Positions 17,437-27,517 of a stretch of DNA of 64,000 nucleotides are shown here, piece after piece. Source of the DNA: a virus; the IMG/VR virus record IMGVR_UViG_3300022752_000030, positions 32,001-96,000 of that record; one strand, given 5' to 3'. Made by a program: the position numbers and the translations under genes. The notes under the pieces were generated by a model. That model made no database searches, had not been told where the DNA came from, and saw only the letters and a program-made list of their open reading frames with translations. How positions within the stretch are numbered: the stretch's first letter is position 1; each line of letters starts with the position of its first letter.

Positions 17437-17879
17437 TTTTCTTCCTTAATGGTAATTTTTTTGATAGCGTCTTGAGCTTTGATCATGTTCTCCAGCCAAA
17501 CCTTGAGCATACCATTTGCCAATTCTGCATCTTTAATTTCAACTTTATCAGCCAAAGTAAAAGTGCGTTCAAAAGAACGATTTGCAATGCCTTTGTATAG
17601 GTAATCACTTTCAGTATCATCTTTTGTTGCACCTTTGATGATAAGTTTATTACCCTCTAAAGTCATTTCAATATCAGATTTTGCAAATCCAGCAACAGCC
17701 ATTTCGATAACATATTTGTTATCTTTGACTTGTTTGATATTGTATGGAGGATACCCAGCGACTTTTGCAGATTGTTCTGCAATTTTTTTAAGTGTGTCTA
17801 GGGTTTGATCGAAGCCAACCGTGAATGGTTGAAATTGACCGAAAAGGTCTTTACCGAATACATCTTTCATGTATGTCAT
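17433..17879 (-). CDS. hsp20: small heat shock protein Hsp20
   Basis: YPPYNI, AVAGF, KGIA.R.F.R.F.LAD, NGML. Confidence 0.95.
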   Translation of the reverse strand: MTYMKDVFGKDLFGQFQPFTVGFDQTLDTLKKIAEQSAKVAGYPPYNIKQVKDNKYVIEMAVAGFAKSDIEMTLEGNKLIIKGATKDDTESDYLYKGIANRSFERTFTLADKVEIKDAELANGMLKVWLENMIKAQDAIKKITIKEEK

Positions 17880-18000
17880 TTGTTTCTCCTTAAAAAAGCG
17901 AAAAAGTTTTTAAAAAATCCAACCTAAAAAGCGTTGGACCGAGTAATTTATTACTAGCCTTAACCTCGGCACTGCTAGTTCCCATCCCTGAGAATATAAT

Positions 18001-18008
18001 TATTTATA
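18001..18008 (-). promoter_or_regulatory. T4 late promoter TATAAATA
   Basis: Exact consensus upstream of the hsp20 leader. Confidence 0.7.
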
Positions 18009-18009
18009 A

Positions 18010-18423
18010 TTATTCAGTATCTTTTTGTGGTTTTTTACCGATATTATATTTCGGAATTAATTGCCACTCAGACTTTTCTTTATGTGAAATAATTTTAATT
18101 TGAGACAAGAAAATAGGAACTGGATTTTCCGTTTGTTCTTTTCTCACAATTTCAATTAAACCCCAATCTTGTAATAAGTTTACAATAGCATTTCTTCTTG
18201 ATAAATCATTTTCAGAAATATCTGTTGGTTTTCCGTCTAATGCAAACAATTCTTTAAAGTGTACAATATAATATTGTCCTCTTTTGTGTAAAATATGGCA
18301 TGACTGATACAACATCTTTTCTTTTTTAGAAGCGACACCAATTCGTGTTAACGTTTCACGAACTTTTAAAAAATCATCTTTTTCTTTAAGTTTTACCTCA
18401 ACTAAGTCTTTAATTTCTAGCAT
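18010..18423 (-). CDS. regA: translational repressor RegA
   Basis: DDFLKVRETLTRIG, QSCHILHK, HFKELF.LDG. Confidence 0.97.
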   Translation of the reverse strand: MLEIKDLVEVKLKEKDDFLKVRETLTRIGVASKKEKMLYQSCHILHKRGQYYIVHFKELFALDGKPTDISENDLSRRNAIVNLLQDWGLIEIVRKEQTENPVPIFLSQIKIISHKEKSEWQLIPKYNIGKKPQKDTE

Positions 18424-18811
18424 TATTCTTGACTCCGCCTTTGTCTGTTTTTATTTTTATTTCAGCGATCTGTTCATCTGTGAGAATACTTAAAGCTTCC
18501 TTGGCTTTAGTATTAGAATAACCAAAATAGGTTTTCACAACGTCAATATTCTCGTCAACTTTAGATTTTTGCCACGGTTGAAATTTCCGTTTCATAGGTC
18601 TAATACTATTTAGAAGATATTGGTATTGCATGTCTTTATCTAGACTCGGCCATCTGTTCATTTCGTTGGCATACAAAACACAATCCAAATGATAAGACAA
18701 GGCACGGTTAACCAAGAAAGGATGATAGTCCTTTAAATCTAACTCATCATAGATTACAGATTTTTTAGTTGTGAGTATGGATGGAATAATTTCTTTGAAC
18801 AGGTCAGGCAT
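18410..18811 (-). CDS. gp62: clamp loader small subunit
   Basis: Y.PFLVNR.LS, ANEMN, YFGYS..KA; synteny. Confidence 0.9.
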   Translation of the reverse strand: MPDLFKEIIPSILTTKKSVIYDELDLKDYHPFLVNRALSYHLDCVLYANEMNRWPSLDKDMQYQYLLNSIRPMKRKFQPWQKSKVDENIDVVKTYFGYSNTKAKEALSILTDEQIAEIKIKTDKGGVKNNARN

Positions 18812-18812
18812 A

Positions 18813-19415
18813 TTAATTCATCCATTGCGTTATATCTTGTTTGTTAATTCTCTTTATATACTTCTGAGAAATAGAATCTTCTTTTTTTCTAGAATCACTA
18901 AAGTCATCGGCTTCTGCAAGATTTAAATAAGGTAAACGACCAAACATTTTTTGATATTGATAAATTTGTTCACTCTCAACCAATGATAGTAAATTTCTCA
19001 TACCAACTGCTGGAACATGACTTTTTGGTATTAGAAGTGCAATATAAAAAGTCTTTTCTGAGGTAGTGTCCTCACTATACAAACTGTGATATAGTTCATA
19101 CTTTCTCTTTTCAGAACCAAAATTACCATTGGGATTACTGAACCTAGGTAGATGTTGTTTCATTCTTGCATGTGGTGCAGTAGTCAAAGAAGGCTCTCTG
19201 TGTGCTTCTTTCCTATCTGCTGTATAGTTATCTTTTAGACCCCCAGCCATACCAAAATAAAAAGTTTCCTCTAACATGAAAGGCCATTGGTTCTGTGGTG
19301 GCATAGAATCCAACCAAGAAAAAGCATATACAACACTTGTCAAGTTTTTTGTGTAATCATAAACTTTTTCTTTTGTTGTCCAAAAGAGATTCATATTTTC
19401 GTTTGTATAAATCAT
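18813..19415 (-). CDS. GIY-YIG-like nuclease
   Basis: VVY...YFG...ARMKQH...ESEQI...LPYLN follows the GIY-YIG motif order. Confidence 0.5.
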   Translation of the reverse strand: MIYTNENMNLFWTTKEKVYDYTKNLTSVVYAFSWLDSMPPQNQWPFMLEETFYFGMAGGLKDNYTADRKEAHREPSLTTAPHARMKQHLPRFSNPNGNFGSEKRKYELYHSLYSEDTTSEKTFYIALLIPKSHVPAVGMRNLLSLVESEQIYQYQKMFGRLPYLNLAEADDFSDSRKKEDSISQKYIKRINKQDITQWMN

Positions 19416-20344
19416 TTAAATTCACTTTCAACCATAATTTCGGTCAAACAAGCCATTAAATTGATCTCATGATCCGCAACAAACGCTGCTTGGTATTGAT
19501 ACTTAGCAAGAATTAAAACCAATTGTGGTACAGAATTAGGTTTCAAGTTATCATATAATGCATCATAGATATTGCGGAAAATACGTGTTTGATCATTATC
19601 TAAATTATTGGTAACCCATTTACGACAAGACCCAAAATCTTTATCTTTCAAAGCACCAATTAATGATTCCATCTTAACGTCAGAAATGGCAGCTAAGATT
19701 CCTTTATCAATTTTTCCACTCACACCATATCTTTGCAATTCATTCAACACTCGCCTATTATCAGGAAAGTGTTTGGTGATTACAGAAGCGACTACTTCTT
19801 TTTCATATTCAATTTTTTCACTTTGTAATATGAACTCAACTCGACGGAAGAATTGAGAAGCCATTTTAGCTTTACTGCCATTGGCTTTAAAGTCAACTAC
19901 GGTGCAACGGGAATGAATTGGATCGATGATCCTATTCTTAAAATTACAGGTGAATATAAACGAACAATTGGATGCAAATTCTTCGATGCCTGCTCGTAGG
20001 ATCGCTTGAGCATTTGGTGTCAAATAGTCAGCTTCATCTAGAATAATGACTTTACGACCGCCCACCAAGGACATAGATGATGCATAGTTCTTGATTTTTA
20101 CACGAATCGTATCAACGCCGTTTTCATCAGAACCGTTGATGATGATATAATCACAACCTACTTCTTCACACATGGCACGTGCAACTGTTGTTTTACCGAC
20201 ACCAGCTGAACCTGCCAGAAGTAGATTGGGAATTTCTTTGCGATTTACATATTCCTGAAACGTAGACTTTAGTGTATCAGGAAGAATACAATCTTCGATT
20301 TTATTTGGGCGATATTTTTCCACCCACAACATGTGATCTATCAT
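19412..20344 (-). CDS. gp44: clamp loader large subunit
   Basis: LWVEKYRP, GSAGVGKT, DEAD, SRC. Confidence 0.97.
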   Translation of the reverse strand: MIDHMLWVEKYRPNKIEDCILPDTLKSTFQEYVNRKEIPNLLLAGSAGVGKTTVARAMCEEVGCDYIIINGSDENGVDTIRVKIKNYASSMSLVGGRKVIILDEADYLTPNAQAILRAGIEEFASNCSFIFTCNFKNRIIDPIHSRCTVVDFKANGSKAKMASQFFRRVEFILQSEKIEYEKEVVASVITKHFPDNRRVLNELQRYGVSGKIDKGILAAISDVKMESLIGALKDKDFGSCRKWVTNNLDNDQTRIFRNIYDALYDNLKPNSVPQLVLILAKYQYQAAFVADHEINLMACLTEIMVESEFK

Positions 20345-20374
20345 TCAAAAACTCCATAATATAAAAAAATAAAT

Positions 20375-20650
20375 TCACTTCACTTCATTCATCGATTCAA
20401 ACAAAGCTTCAAATTCTTTTGATTCAGCAATTTCAGTTTGAAATGAATTTTTATGTTGTGTTTTTGCCATACGTTTAAGAATCTTTTTAGGAATCTTCAA
20501 TTCGTCATATGCAATATCAACAATATCTTTGATTGCCATGTTGTTGCCATCATTTTTGTGCATATGTACAACAACTTCGTCAATATATCCTTTTAACTTT
20601 TTTAAAGCTTCTTCATCAAAAGAACCAAATAATGTATTCACTTTAGTCAA
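20375..20650 (-). CDS. DsbA-like dsDNA-binding protein
   Basis: IKDI...ELKIPKK...MAK..HK pattern. Confidence 0.65.
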   Translation of the reverse strand: MTKVNTLFGSFDEEALKKLKGYIDEVVVHMHKNDGNNMAIKDIVDIAYDELKIPKKILKRMAKTQHKNSFQTEIAESKEFEALFESMNEVK

Positions 20651-20652
20651 AA

Positions 20653-21324
20653 TTATTCTCCAAATTTTGAATGTTTAGCTTCAATTGCGATCCAATATTG
20701 CATAGAACCGTCTTCACTCTTGAATGATGCCAAACCTTTAGATGAAATCTCAACTTCATAGGTATTTGACATCAACTTTAAATTATCTGTCATAAAAACA
20801 GCTTTGAATGATTTACCATTGCCCTCTGCAATTTCTGTAGCATTGATGTGTGCAGAATCATCATCAGCGTTAAAAGTTGTAACGTTAATTGCATCACCGT
20901 CTGATTCAAATGCAATGTGGGGTGATTGCAACAAACTAGCGTTCTTTAATACAGACGCCAAATCATCAGATTTGAATGTAAAAGAAACATCAACAGAAGG
21001 AATGTTCAATTCTTTTTCTGGTGCGGTAACGATAGCAGTTTTCGCTGCGGTACGATACCATGTTTTACTTTTATTTGATTTGAAAATAACATGTTTCTCA
21101 TCAAAATCAATTTCACAATCTTTATTCACAGAATAAATTGATAAAAACTGATTCAAGTCGTAGATGCAAAAATCTTTAGGAAATTCATCTTTAATAGTGG
21201 CTTTAGCCAAAATTGTTTTAGTTGGTGCCATCGTAGCCAACTTATTTCCTTTTTTGAATTCAATGTTGTTATTAATTCCAACAAAGTTTTTCAACACAGT
21301 TAATGTTTCACTCGAAATTTTCAT
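20653..21324 (-). CDS. gp45: sliding clamp
   Basis: MKISSETL.VLKNF, IYDLNQFL, YWIA.E; GGAG RBS. Confidence 0.93.
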   Translation of the reverse strand: MKISSETLTVLKNFVGINNNIEFKKGNKLATMAPTKTILAKATIKDEFPKDFCIYDLNQFLSIYSVNKDCEIDFDEKHVIFKSNKSKTWYRTAAKTAIVTAPEKELNIPSVDVSFTFKSDDLASVLKNASLLQSPHIAFESDGDAINVTTFNADDDSAHINATEIAEGNGKSFKAVFMTDNLKLMSNTYEVEISSKGLASFKSEDGSMQYWIAIEAKHSKFGE

Positions 21325-21343
21325 AATATACTCCAAAAAATTT

Positions 21344-21372
21344 ATTGTACAATTTTTAATCAGTTTTGTCAA
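21344..21372 (-). promoter_or_regulatory. sigma70-type promoter
   Basis: TTGACA-17 bp-TACAAT upstream of gp45. Confidence 0.75.
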
Positions 21373-21700
21373 CTGAATATTTCACGTCATGTTCATACAA
21401 AAACATGAGACAACATAAAGCGTGTGCTAAGTGGTGAATACCGGATTCAGAATCAACTTGTTCACCTTTTTTCCAAGCCCACACGTGTCTTTGTAAAGCG
21501 TCAAAGTACCTACGTTTTGAATCTGGTACTTTTTGCCAATTATCACGTTCATACTTTTGAGCACCAAAAGTTAAAACTTTAACTGTTTCCTCTAAAGCAA
21601 GAGGAGGAAGTAAACCATATTCTAGTTTACCTCCATCAAATTTACGTCCTAAAGTAGTTGAAAGTGATTTTTCATAATCAACCATCTCCTCAAGAAACAT
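21356..21700 (-). CDS. dATP/dGTP diphosphohydrolase-domain protein (DUF5664-like)
   Basis: GRKFDGGK...LLP...GAQKY...NW...DSESGIHHLAHA. Confidence 0.85.
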   Translation of the reverse strand: MFLEEMVDYEKSLSTTLGRKFDGGKLEYGLLPPLALEETVKVLTFGAQKYERDNWQKVPDSKRRYFDALQRHVWAWKKGEQVDSESGIHHLAHALCCLMFLYEHDVKYSVDKTD

Positions 21701-22518
21701 TACATTTCTCCGACAAAATTTGCAACAGCTGGCATGTCTCCCGTAAAGTGATATGTTCCGATGTGTTGTGTTTTCATCCAAGGGCATAACCAAATCGTAC
21801 CGCCTAATTTTCTCCACAATTGACAGAACATATAGTCTTCTGAAAGATAACGATCTGATCCTCCGCCCGTTGCACTATCGATTGTATCAATCATTGTATC
21901 AAAGTATGCGTGAATATAACGTGAACCGTCAAAACTTGATTGTCCTACGTGATCTGGCCTATATCTAAGATGTGGATATGCAGCTTCAAATTTAGGAAAT
22001 ACCTCACGTTTAATCATCATAAATCCTGTTCCGATCTCCAGTACTTCTAGAGGCTCAGTAACACTAAATTTATCTGTACCTTTAACAGCATTGAATACGT
22101 AATCACCAGTTACTTTAGATAAATTGCTAGCGTCAATTTGTGGATTTCTTTCCATTGCTTTTTTGACTGCTTTCCATTTGATGGCTTTCTTTGGATAGGG
22201 ACCGCCAATAATATCTCTATCTAAAGCCAAAAGTGCAATTACATCATTTGGATTAAAGTGAATATCAGCGTCCAAGAAAAGCATGTGTGTGCAATCTGAT
22301 CGGTGAATAAATTCATCAACAAGATAATTTCTTGCTCGAGTAATTAAAGATTCATTGAAAAGAAATGAAAATTTAATTGTAATTCCATACTGAATAGCAA
22401 GAGCTTGCAAATCAAGGCAAGCTTTTGCATATAAACCATGATTCATTCCACCATACATTGGTGTTGCAACGAATATGCTTTTTTTGCGTAGTTCTTCTTT
22501 TTTAATTGAAATTTCCAT
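21700..22518 (-). CDS. GT-A fold glycosyltransferase-like protein
   Basis: ATPMYGG, ESLITRARN, FLDADI, GTGFM, SEDY.FC. Confidence 0.7.
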   Translation of the reverse strand: MEISIKKEELRKKSIFVATPMYGGMNHGLYAKACLDLQALAIQYGITIKFSFLFNESLITRARNYLVDEFIHRSDCTHMLFLDADIHFNPNDVIALLALDRDIIGGPYPKKAIKWKAVKKAMERNPQIDASNLSKVTGDYVFNAVKGTDKFSVTEPLEVLEIGTGFMMIKREVFPKFEAAYPHLRYRPDHVGQSSFDGSRYIHAYFDTMIDTIDSATGGGSDRYLSEDYMFCQLWRKLGGTIWLCPWMKTQHIGTYHFTGDMPAVANFVGEM

Positions 22519-22534
22519 TTTCTCTCCAAGAGTT

Positions 22535-22570
22535 AAAAAAAAGGAGATCCACTTTTGGTGGGTCTCCTTT
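22535..22570 (-). terminator. intrinsic terminator
   Basis: GGAGACCCAC-CAAAA-GTGGATCTCC followed by a T-run. Confidence 0.75.
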
Positions 22571-22582
22571 GCGTTTGCTTAA

Positions 22583-22852
22583 TTAAGCGTTAAAAGTGTA
22601 ACCAGCAGAAATAGCGGTGCGTACCATTGATTTGGTCGGTTTACCCAAACGATAAACAGCTACTTTGCTGCCGTCACGGCGTGTTTTAGTGTTTGTATAA
22701 ATTACGTGACCTTCTTTACGTAATTCTTCGATTCGAGCAGAAACATTTTGAATACCAAAACGTGCTCTTGCTTGTGCAACTGAAAGTGTGTTGTAACCTT
22801 CTGTTTTGCTCAAGAAGTTGAGGATTTTAGATTTAGCGGATAATTTAGTCAT
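22583..22852 (-). CDS. winged-helix DNA-binding protein
   Basis: RFGI.NVSARIEELRKEG.VIYTN. Confidence 0.75.
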   Translation of the reverse strand: MTKLSAKSKILNFLSKTEGYNTLSVAQARARFGIQNVSARIEELRKEGHVIYTNTKTRRDGSKVAVYRLGKPTKSMVRTAISAGYTFNA

Positions 22853-22906
22853 AATAATCTCCTAATGACAAAGTTTAACAAAATCTTGCGTATTGCAAGT
22901 TCACAA

Positions 22907-22935
22907 ATCATAACATTATATAGTGATCAAGTCAA
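22907..22935 (-). promoter_or_regulatory. sigma70-type promoter
   Basis: TTGACT-17 bp-TATGAT with extended TG. Confidence 0.6.
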
Positions 22936-22956
22936 GTACTTTTGTGGTACACTTGA

Positions 22957-24216
22957 TCATCTGCCAACTTGTGGCAGATATTTTTCCTTAGTTTGATCCC
23001 AATTCAAATAGATAAGGTCATCATAGAAAAGTGTTTCATATGAAACATTATTCTTTTTTTGTAATTGTCTGATTCGACCCTTAGCATACTTGGTTTTCCA
23101 AATATTGGCAAGAGTTTCTTCACTCGTATCGAAAGATTTTACCAATTTACCTTCACCAATTTCTTTTCGTAAGAAATCATTTGTATTATTATACAATGGT
23201 GAAAAATAAATTCCTCGCTGATGTTCGGTACGAATTAAATTTTTAGGAATACCAAGCTTTGAATAAGCAAAGTTTAAAGACCTATTTTTGTGATCACGTT
23301 TGAGTGGAAGACCTTGTTGATTTTTGGCTTCCCACCATTCAAAATATTTACGGGTATGATTTTCTTTGATCCAATCAAAAACCATTCTCATAGTTTTTTT
23401 ACTCGGTTCAAAAGCAACCGAACCACTAGAAAAACCCATTTTATTCCAGTGTTCTAGACCATCATATTGAGATAAACCTCCAGACTTGGTGTTACCATAT
23501 AATGAAGTAGTTGTAACTCCAACAAGGACATCACCATATTGTTTTTTCCAATCTTTTTGTACTGTATCAGATAAACACATCAATGCCAACAACTTACCAC
23601 CCATGTAATTAAAACCTAATGGTTGCAACGGCACAATTGTGGAACCAATTGCAGTATGGTTGATCATGTGTTGTTGAGTTTTTACATCACGAGCCCATCC
23701 TATTGCATTATCTCTTGGTGTCAAATCTAGAAAATCTGAAGAAATACAAATAACACCAAGATATTTTCCTGTCACTTCATCAGTAAGAGTGTAAAATAAA
23801 TTACGACCAATATTCGAATTATTCTTCATTGTTGAAGAAAATGTACGTATAGCATTCCATGTTTCCGCAAGTGGTCCGTTTGATAAGACCATAACCGGTT
23901 TTAATTTTTCAAAATCATCAGGTTCTTGTGGCATCCAAAAGTTTGATTTAACTTTCTGTATTAGTTTTTCTTGTTCTGTACTTTCCATCTGAAGTTCACT
24001 ACCAAAAAGAGTAGATACTTCTTTGACTGGGTACCGTTCTTTAACCTCACACCATTTTTGATATAACGTGTATTCACGAACATCCATTTTTGATGCGTAT
24101 GTTAAATCTTCAATGAGGATTTTTTTCATTGATTCCTCATCGATATGTTCAAACGAGCTGTTCTTTTCAGACCACTCTTTCCATTGTTTATCAACAAACT
24201 CTATCGGTGTTGCCAT
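22957..24216 (-). CDS. DUF4338/DruA-like protein (paralog 2)
   Basis: GRNL...GVICISS...PRD..IGW, VPLQPLGFNYMGGKLLA, TTTSLYG...SQYDG. Confidence 0.65.
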   Translation of the reverse strand: MATPIEFVDKQWKEWSEKNSSFEHIDEESMKKILIEDLTYASKMDVREYTLYQKWCEVKERYPVKEVSTLFGSELQMESTEQEKLIQKVKSNFWMPQEPDDFEKLKPVMVLSNGPLAETWNAIRTFSSTMKNNSNIGRNLFYTLTDEVTGKYLGVICISSDFLDLTPRDNAIGWARDVKTQQHMINHTAIGSTIVPLQPLGFNYMGGKLLALMCLSDTVQKDWKKQYGDVLVGVTTTSLYGNTKSGGLSQYDGLEHWNKMGFSSGSVAFEPSKKTMRMVFDWIKENHTRKYFEWWEAKNQQGLPLKRDHKNRSLNFAYSKLGIPKNLIRTEHQRGIYFSPLYNNTNDFLRKEIGEGKLVKSFDTSEETLANIWKTKYAKGRIRQLQKKNNVSYETLFYDDLIYLNWDQTKEKYLPQVGR

Positions 24217-24230
24217 TATATAAATTCCAT

Positions 24231-25949
24231 TTATTTTGCAATTTGCGAGAAATTATTCTTTTTCTCAAATTTAATTATGCTTCTAAATTTATCAAACAAT
24301 TGATCACCTTTGTGTGATATAACAAATACATTTGTATCTTGTCCCATTTCATGAATTAATTTTAAAAATTCTTCTGTACCAACTGTGTCTAAGCTTGAAT
24401 CAAAAACCTCATCCAAAATTAACAAGTTTGTATTTGTAGAGTTTTTGAGTTTTGCAATTTGACGCCATGTAAACAATAACGCCAAATCAATACGCATCTT
24501 TTCACCTTCTGAAAAATTAGCATAGGAAAATTCATCACGGTGACGACTCTTGATAGTTTCTTCAAAGTTTTCATTGATATTGAAATTAACAAAAAAGTCC
24601 ATTGCAGACAAATATTTGTTAATTAACTTGTTCATTATAGGCAAGTACTGTTTGATAATTTTAGTTTTGATGCCGGTATCTTTTAATAAAGATGAAGCAA
24701 ATTCATAATAGTGTTTTTGTATAGAAAGTTCTTCTTGAGATTTTTGTAATGATACTAAATCAATTTTTAATTGTTTAAGTTTTTCATTTTCTTCTTCAAG
24801 GTTATCTTTGCGATTTGACAATTCTCTAATTTCTTCATTCAACTTTGAAACATATTTCGTTATAGCTGTCATTGTTGACTGATGTTTAATGATTTCATTA
24901 TTGTGTTCATTTATATGTGTAATGATATCATTAATTGTTTTTATTTGTTTTGAAATTTTATCAAGCTCTTGCGTAATTTCCTCAAGACCCTTTTTCTGAT
25001 TATCGACTTTTTCTTTTCGTTCTCTAATTTGTTCTTCTCTGAAGTGTTCTTCGATGTGTTGTTTACAGGTTGGGCAATTATCATTTTGTTCATAAAATTC
25101 AATATCTTTTTCGTTCTTTTTAATGTTACTTTCAACTTTGGCTTCAATCTGAAAAAGTTTTTTGGATTTTTTATTTAAAGAATCTTTATTATTTCCAATT
25201 TTATTCTGCAATACAGATATATGTTTAGAAATCAATTCAACATCATAAATTAAATTGTTTAACTGTTCATTCGATTTTTCAATCTCATCTTTCTTTCTCT
25301 GAATTTCAGCATCATTATGTTTCTTATGTTCTTCAATATTTTGTTTCTGTAAATTAATTTTTTCTTCAGTTAAATTAACTTCATATTTAATTTTTGTTGT
25401 AGTATCTTTAAGTGTAGATACTCGATCCTTCAACAAAGAATTCATTGAAGAAAAAATTTGAATGTCTAGTAAATCTTCAATAATAGTTCTTCTATCTGAA
25501 GCCGATAATTGCATGAAAGGAACAAAAGATGCTGATCCTAATATAACAACTTGTGTGAAAGATTTATAGTTTAATTTAAGAATATTTTTTTCTAATACTT
25601 CTTGATAATCTTTAGATGCAGCGTCTTGATTAATTAAGATATCGTTTTGATATATTTCAAAGATATTTGGTTTGATGCCACGTATGACTTTATATCTTTT
25701 TTGACCGATATTGAATTCAATTTCAACCACACAATCACGCTGATTGATAGAATTTAATAAATTGGGTTTATTGATTTTTCGAAAAGGTTTACCAAACAAA
25801 CCGAAACATAGTGCATCCAAAATAGTACTTTTTCCTGCACCATTTTGTCCGATAATTAGTGTGTTAGTTGATTTGGTTAAGTTTATTTCCGTAAAAGAAT
25901 TACCAGTCGATAATAAATTACGCCATCTTACTTTTTGAAAAAGAATCAT
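24231..25949 (-). CDS. gp46: recombination endonuclease ATPase subunit (Rad50/SbcC-like)
   Basis: GQNGAGKS, CPTC hook, FSEGE, LILDE. Confidence 0.97.
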   Translation of the reverse strand: MILFQKVRWRNLLSTGNSFTEINLTKSTNTLIIGQNGAGKSTILDALCFGLFGKPFRKINKPNLLNSINQRDCVVEIEFNIGQKRYKVIRGIKPNIFEIYQNDILINQDAASKDYQEVLEKNILKLNYKSFTQVVILGSASFVPFMQLSASDRRTIIEDLLDIQIFSSMNSLLKDRVSTLKDTTTKIKYEVNLTEEKINLQKQNIEEHKKHNDAEIQRKKDEIEKSNEQLNNLIYDVELISKHISVLQNKIGNNKDSLNKKSKKLFQIEAKVESNIKKNEKDIEFYEQNDNCPTCKQHIEEHFREEQIRERKEKVDNQKKGLEEITQELDKISKQIKTINDIITHINEHNNEIIKHQSTMTAITKYVSKLNEEIRELSNRKDNLEEENEKLKQLKIDLVSLQKSQEELSIQKHYYEFASSLLKDTGIKTKIIKQYLPIMNKLINKYLSAMDFFVNFNINENFEETIKSRHRDEFSYANFSEGEKMRIDLALLFTWRQIAKLKNSTNTNLLILDEVFDSSLDTVGTEEFLKLIHEMGQDTNVFVISHKGDQLFDKFRSIIKFEKKNNFSQIAK

Positions 25950-27029
25950 GTTTGTTCAGAATTTAAGGACTCAATATAGAGTTCTTTTAATAAAGTTTTC
26001 AACTTGTTGTTATCAATGTTATCTTCTTTAATGGAATCAACATAACCATTTAAAATCGTCAATGTGTCTTCTGCTTGATCTACCATATCATCATCAACAC
26101 CTTCTGTCAATTCGGTAAAATCTTCAGCAATAGTAATATCGATAGGATTGACATTATACAAGTTATTCATGAACTTGTCAAACAGATACGGATTTGTTTT
26201 GTTTACAACTACCACTTTAACATATGTGTTGGTATATGTTGTTAGGTCTTTTTTTGTTATTTCCGAAATTGATTCGATTTTGTCATCGTAAACAATTCGA
26301 TGAAACATCCTGTTAGGATTTTCTATAAATTCTAATTCTTTTGTTTCGATATCAAAAAGATGAAATCCTCTTTTATCATTATAATCTTGCCAAGTAAGTT
26401 CATAAGGATTACCCAAATAATAAATGCCATCAGCACTAGATTTGTGATGGTAATGACCACTAAAGGTATGTTCGAATTTACGAAATATTGATCTATCAAG
26501 GCCTTCTTCACATGGCATACCACGATACATTGCGAATCCAGCAATTTCGAAATGTCCCATGCAAATATTTGCTGATGTGTTTTTAATTTCTTGCATAGAA
26601 TTTTCATAGTTCTCTGCACAAATCCAAGGAATCATACAAACATCGTGATTTGTATCCGAATATTTCAGATGAATAGTTTGTGGTGAATCAATCACGACTA
26701 TGTTTTGGTATTCACGCAATAACAAATCAACAGAATTTACATCATTAGTATTTTTGAAATACGTATCATGGTTTCCTGCCAACATGTAAACATCTATCAA
26801 TTCTTTTTCAAGAATATCAAAGAACATTTCTTTTGTTCTTTTAAGAGAGTAAAAATTTACATATTTTCGGCGATCAAAAGTATCACCAAGAATTAAAACA
26901 GTTTTAATGTTTTGTTCTTTTAATTTTGGAAAGAAGGTGTCTCGATAAAATTTTTCGTAAAAATCTAAAAAATGAACTGAATCATTCCTCGCACCGAAAA
27001 TGCTGGTCGGTTATTACTGCTACTTTCAT
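25946..27029 (-). CDS. gp47: recombination endonuclease nuclease subunit (Mre11/SbcD-like), with +1 frameshift near 26997-27000
   Basis: ITDQH then (frameshift) FGARND...LGDTFDRRK...GNHD...GHF...SGHYH. Confidence 0.9.
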
Positions 27030-27085
27030 TCCGACACCTCCTTTTTCAAAAAATAAATGTTAAAATTAAAATCAAAGAAACAATA

Positions 27086-27514
27086 TTATTGTTTTTTATT
27101 CATGATGTCACCAATTCTATTTCTAAGTTCAGTTGTGCTGAAACTGTGTTTTCTAGAATTGAAATAGACTTCCATCATTAAATTTGAACCAGTATATTGT
27201 TTACCTCTGTATTCTTCTCCTATGATTCTAACATCAATAGGATAGGATGTCAAGATATCCATCAATTCTTTTTCTGTGGCATATGGTATAATTTCATCAA
27301 CATATTTACAAGCATCAACTTGCACGTATCTTTCGAAAACGGATTGTATAGGTTTATTTTTCCATTCTCTGTCGATTGTAGGATCAGTTTGCAAACCTAC
27401 AATCAAATATTCACATTGCGTCTTTGCTTCTTTAAGCATCATTACGTGGCCCGCATGAAACAAATCAAACGCACTTGCAACAAAACCTATTTTTTTACCT
27501 TTTATGTTTGTCAT
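27086..27514 (-). CDS. cytidylyltransferase (TagD-like)
   Basis: FDLFHAGH HxGH motif, GLQTD, STTELR. Confidence 0.88.
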   Translation of the reverse strand: MTNIKGKKIGFVASAFDLFHAGHVMMLKEAKTQCEYLIVGLQTDPTIDREWKNKPIQSVFERYVQVDACKYVDEIIPYATEKELMDILTSYPIDVRIIGEEYRGKQYTGSNLMMEVYFNSRKHSFSTTELRNRIGDIMNKKQ

Positions 27515-27517
27515 CTT

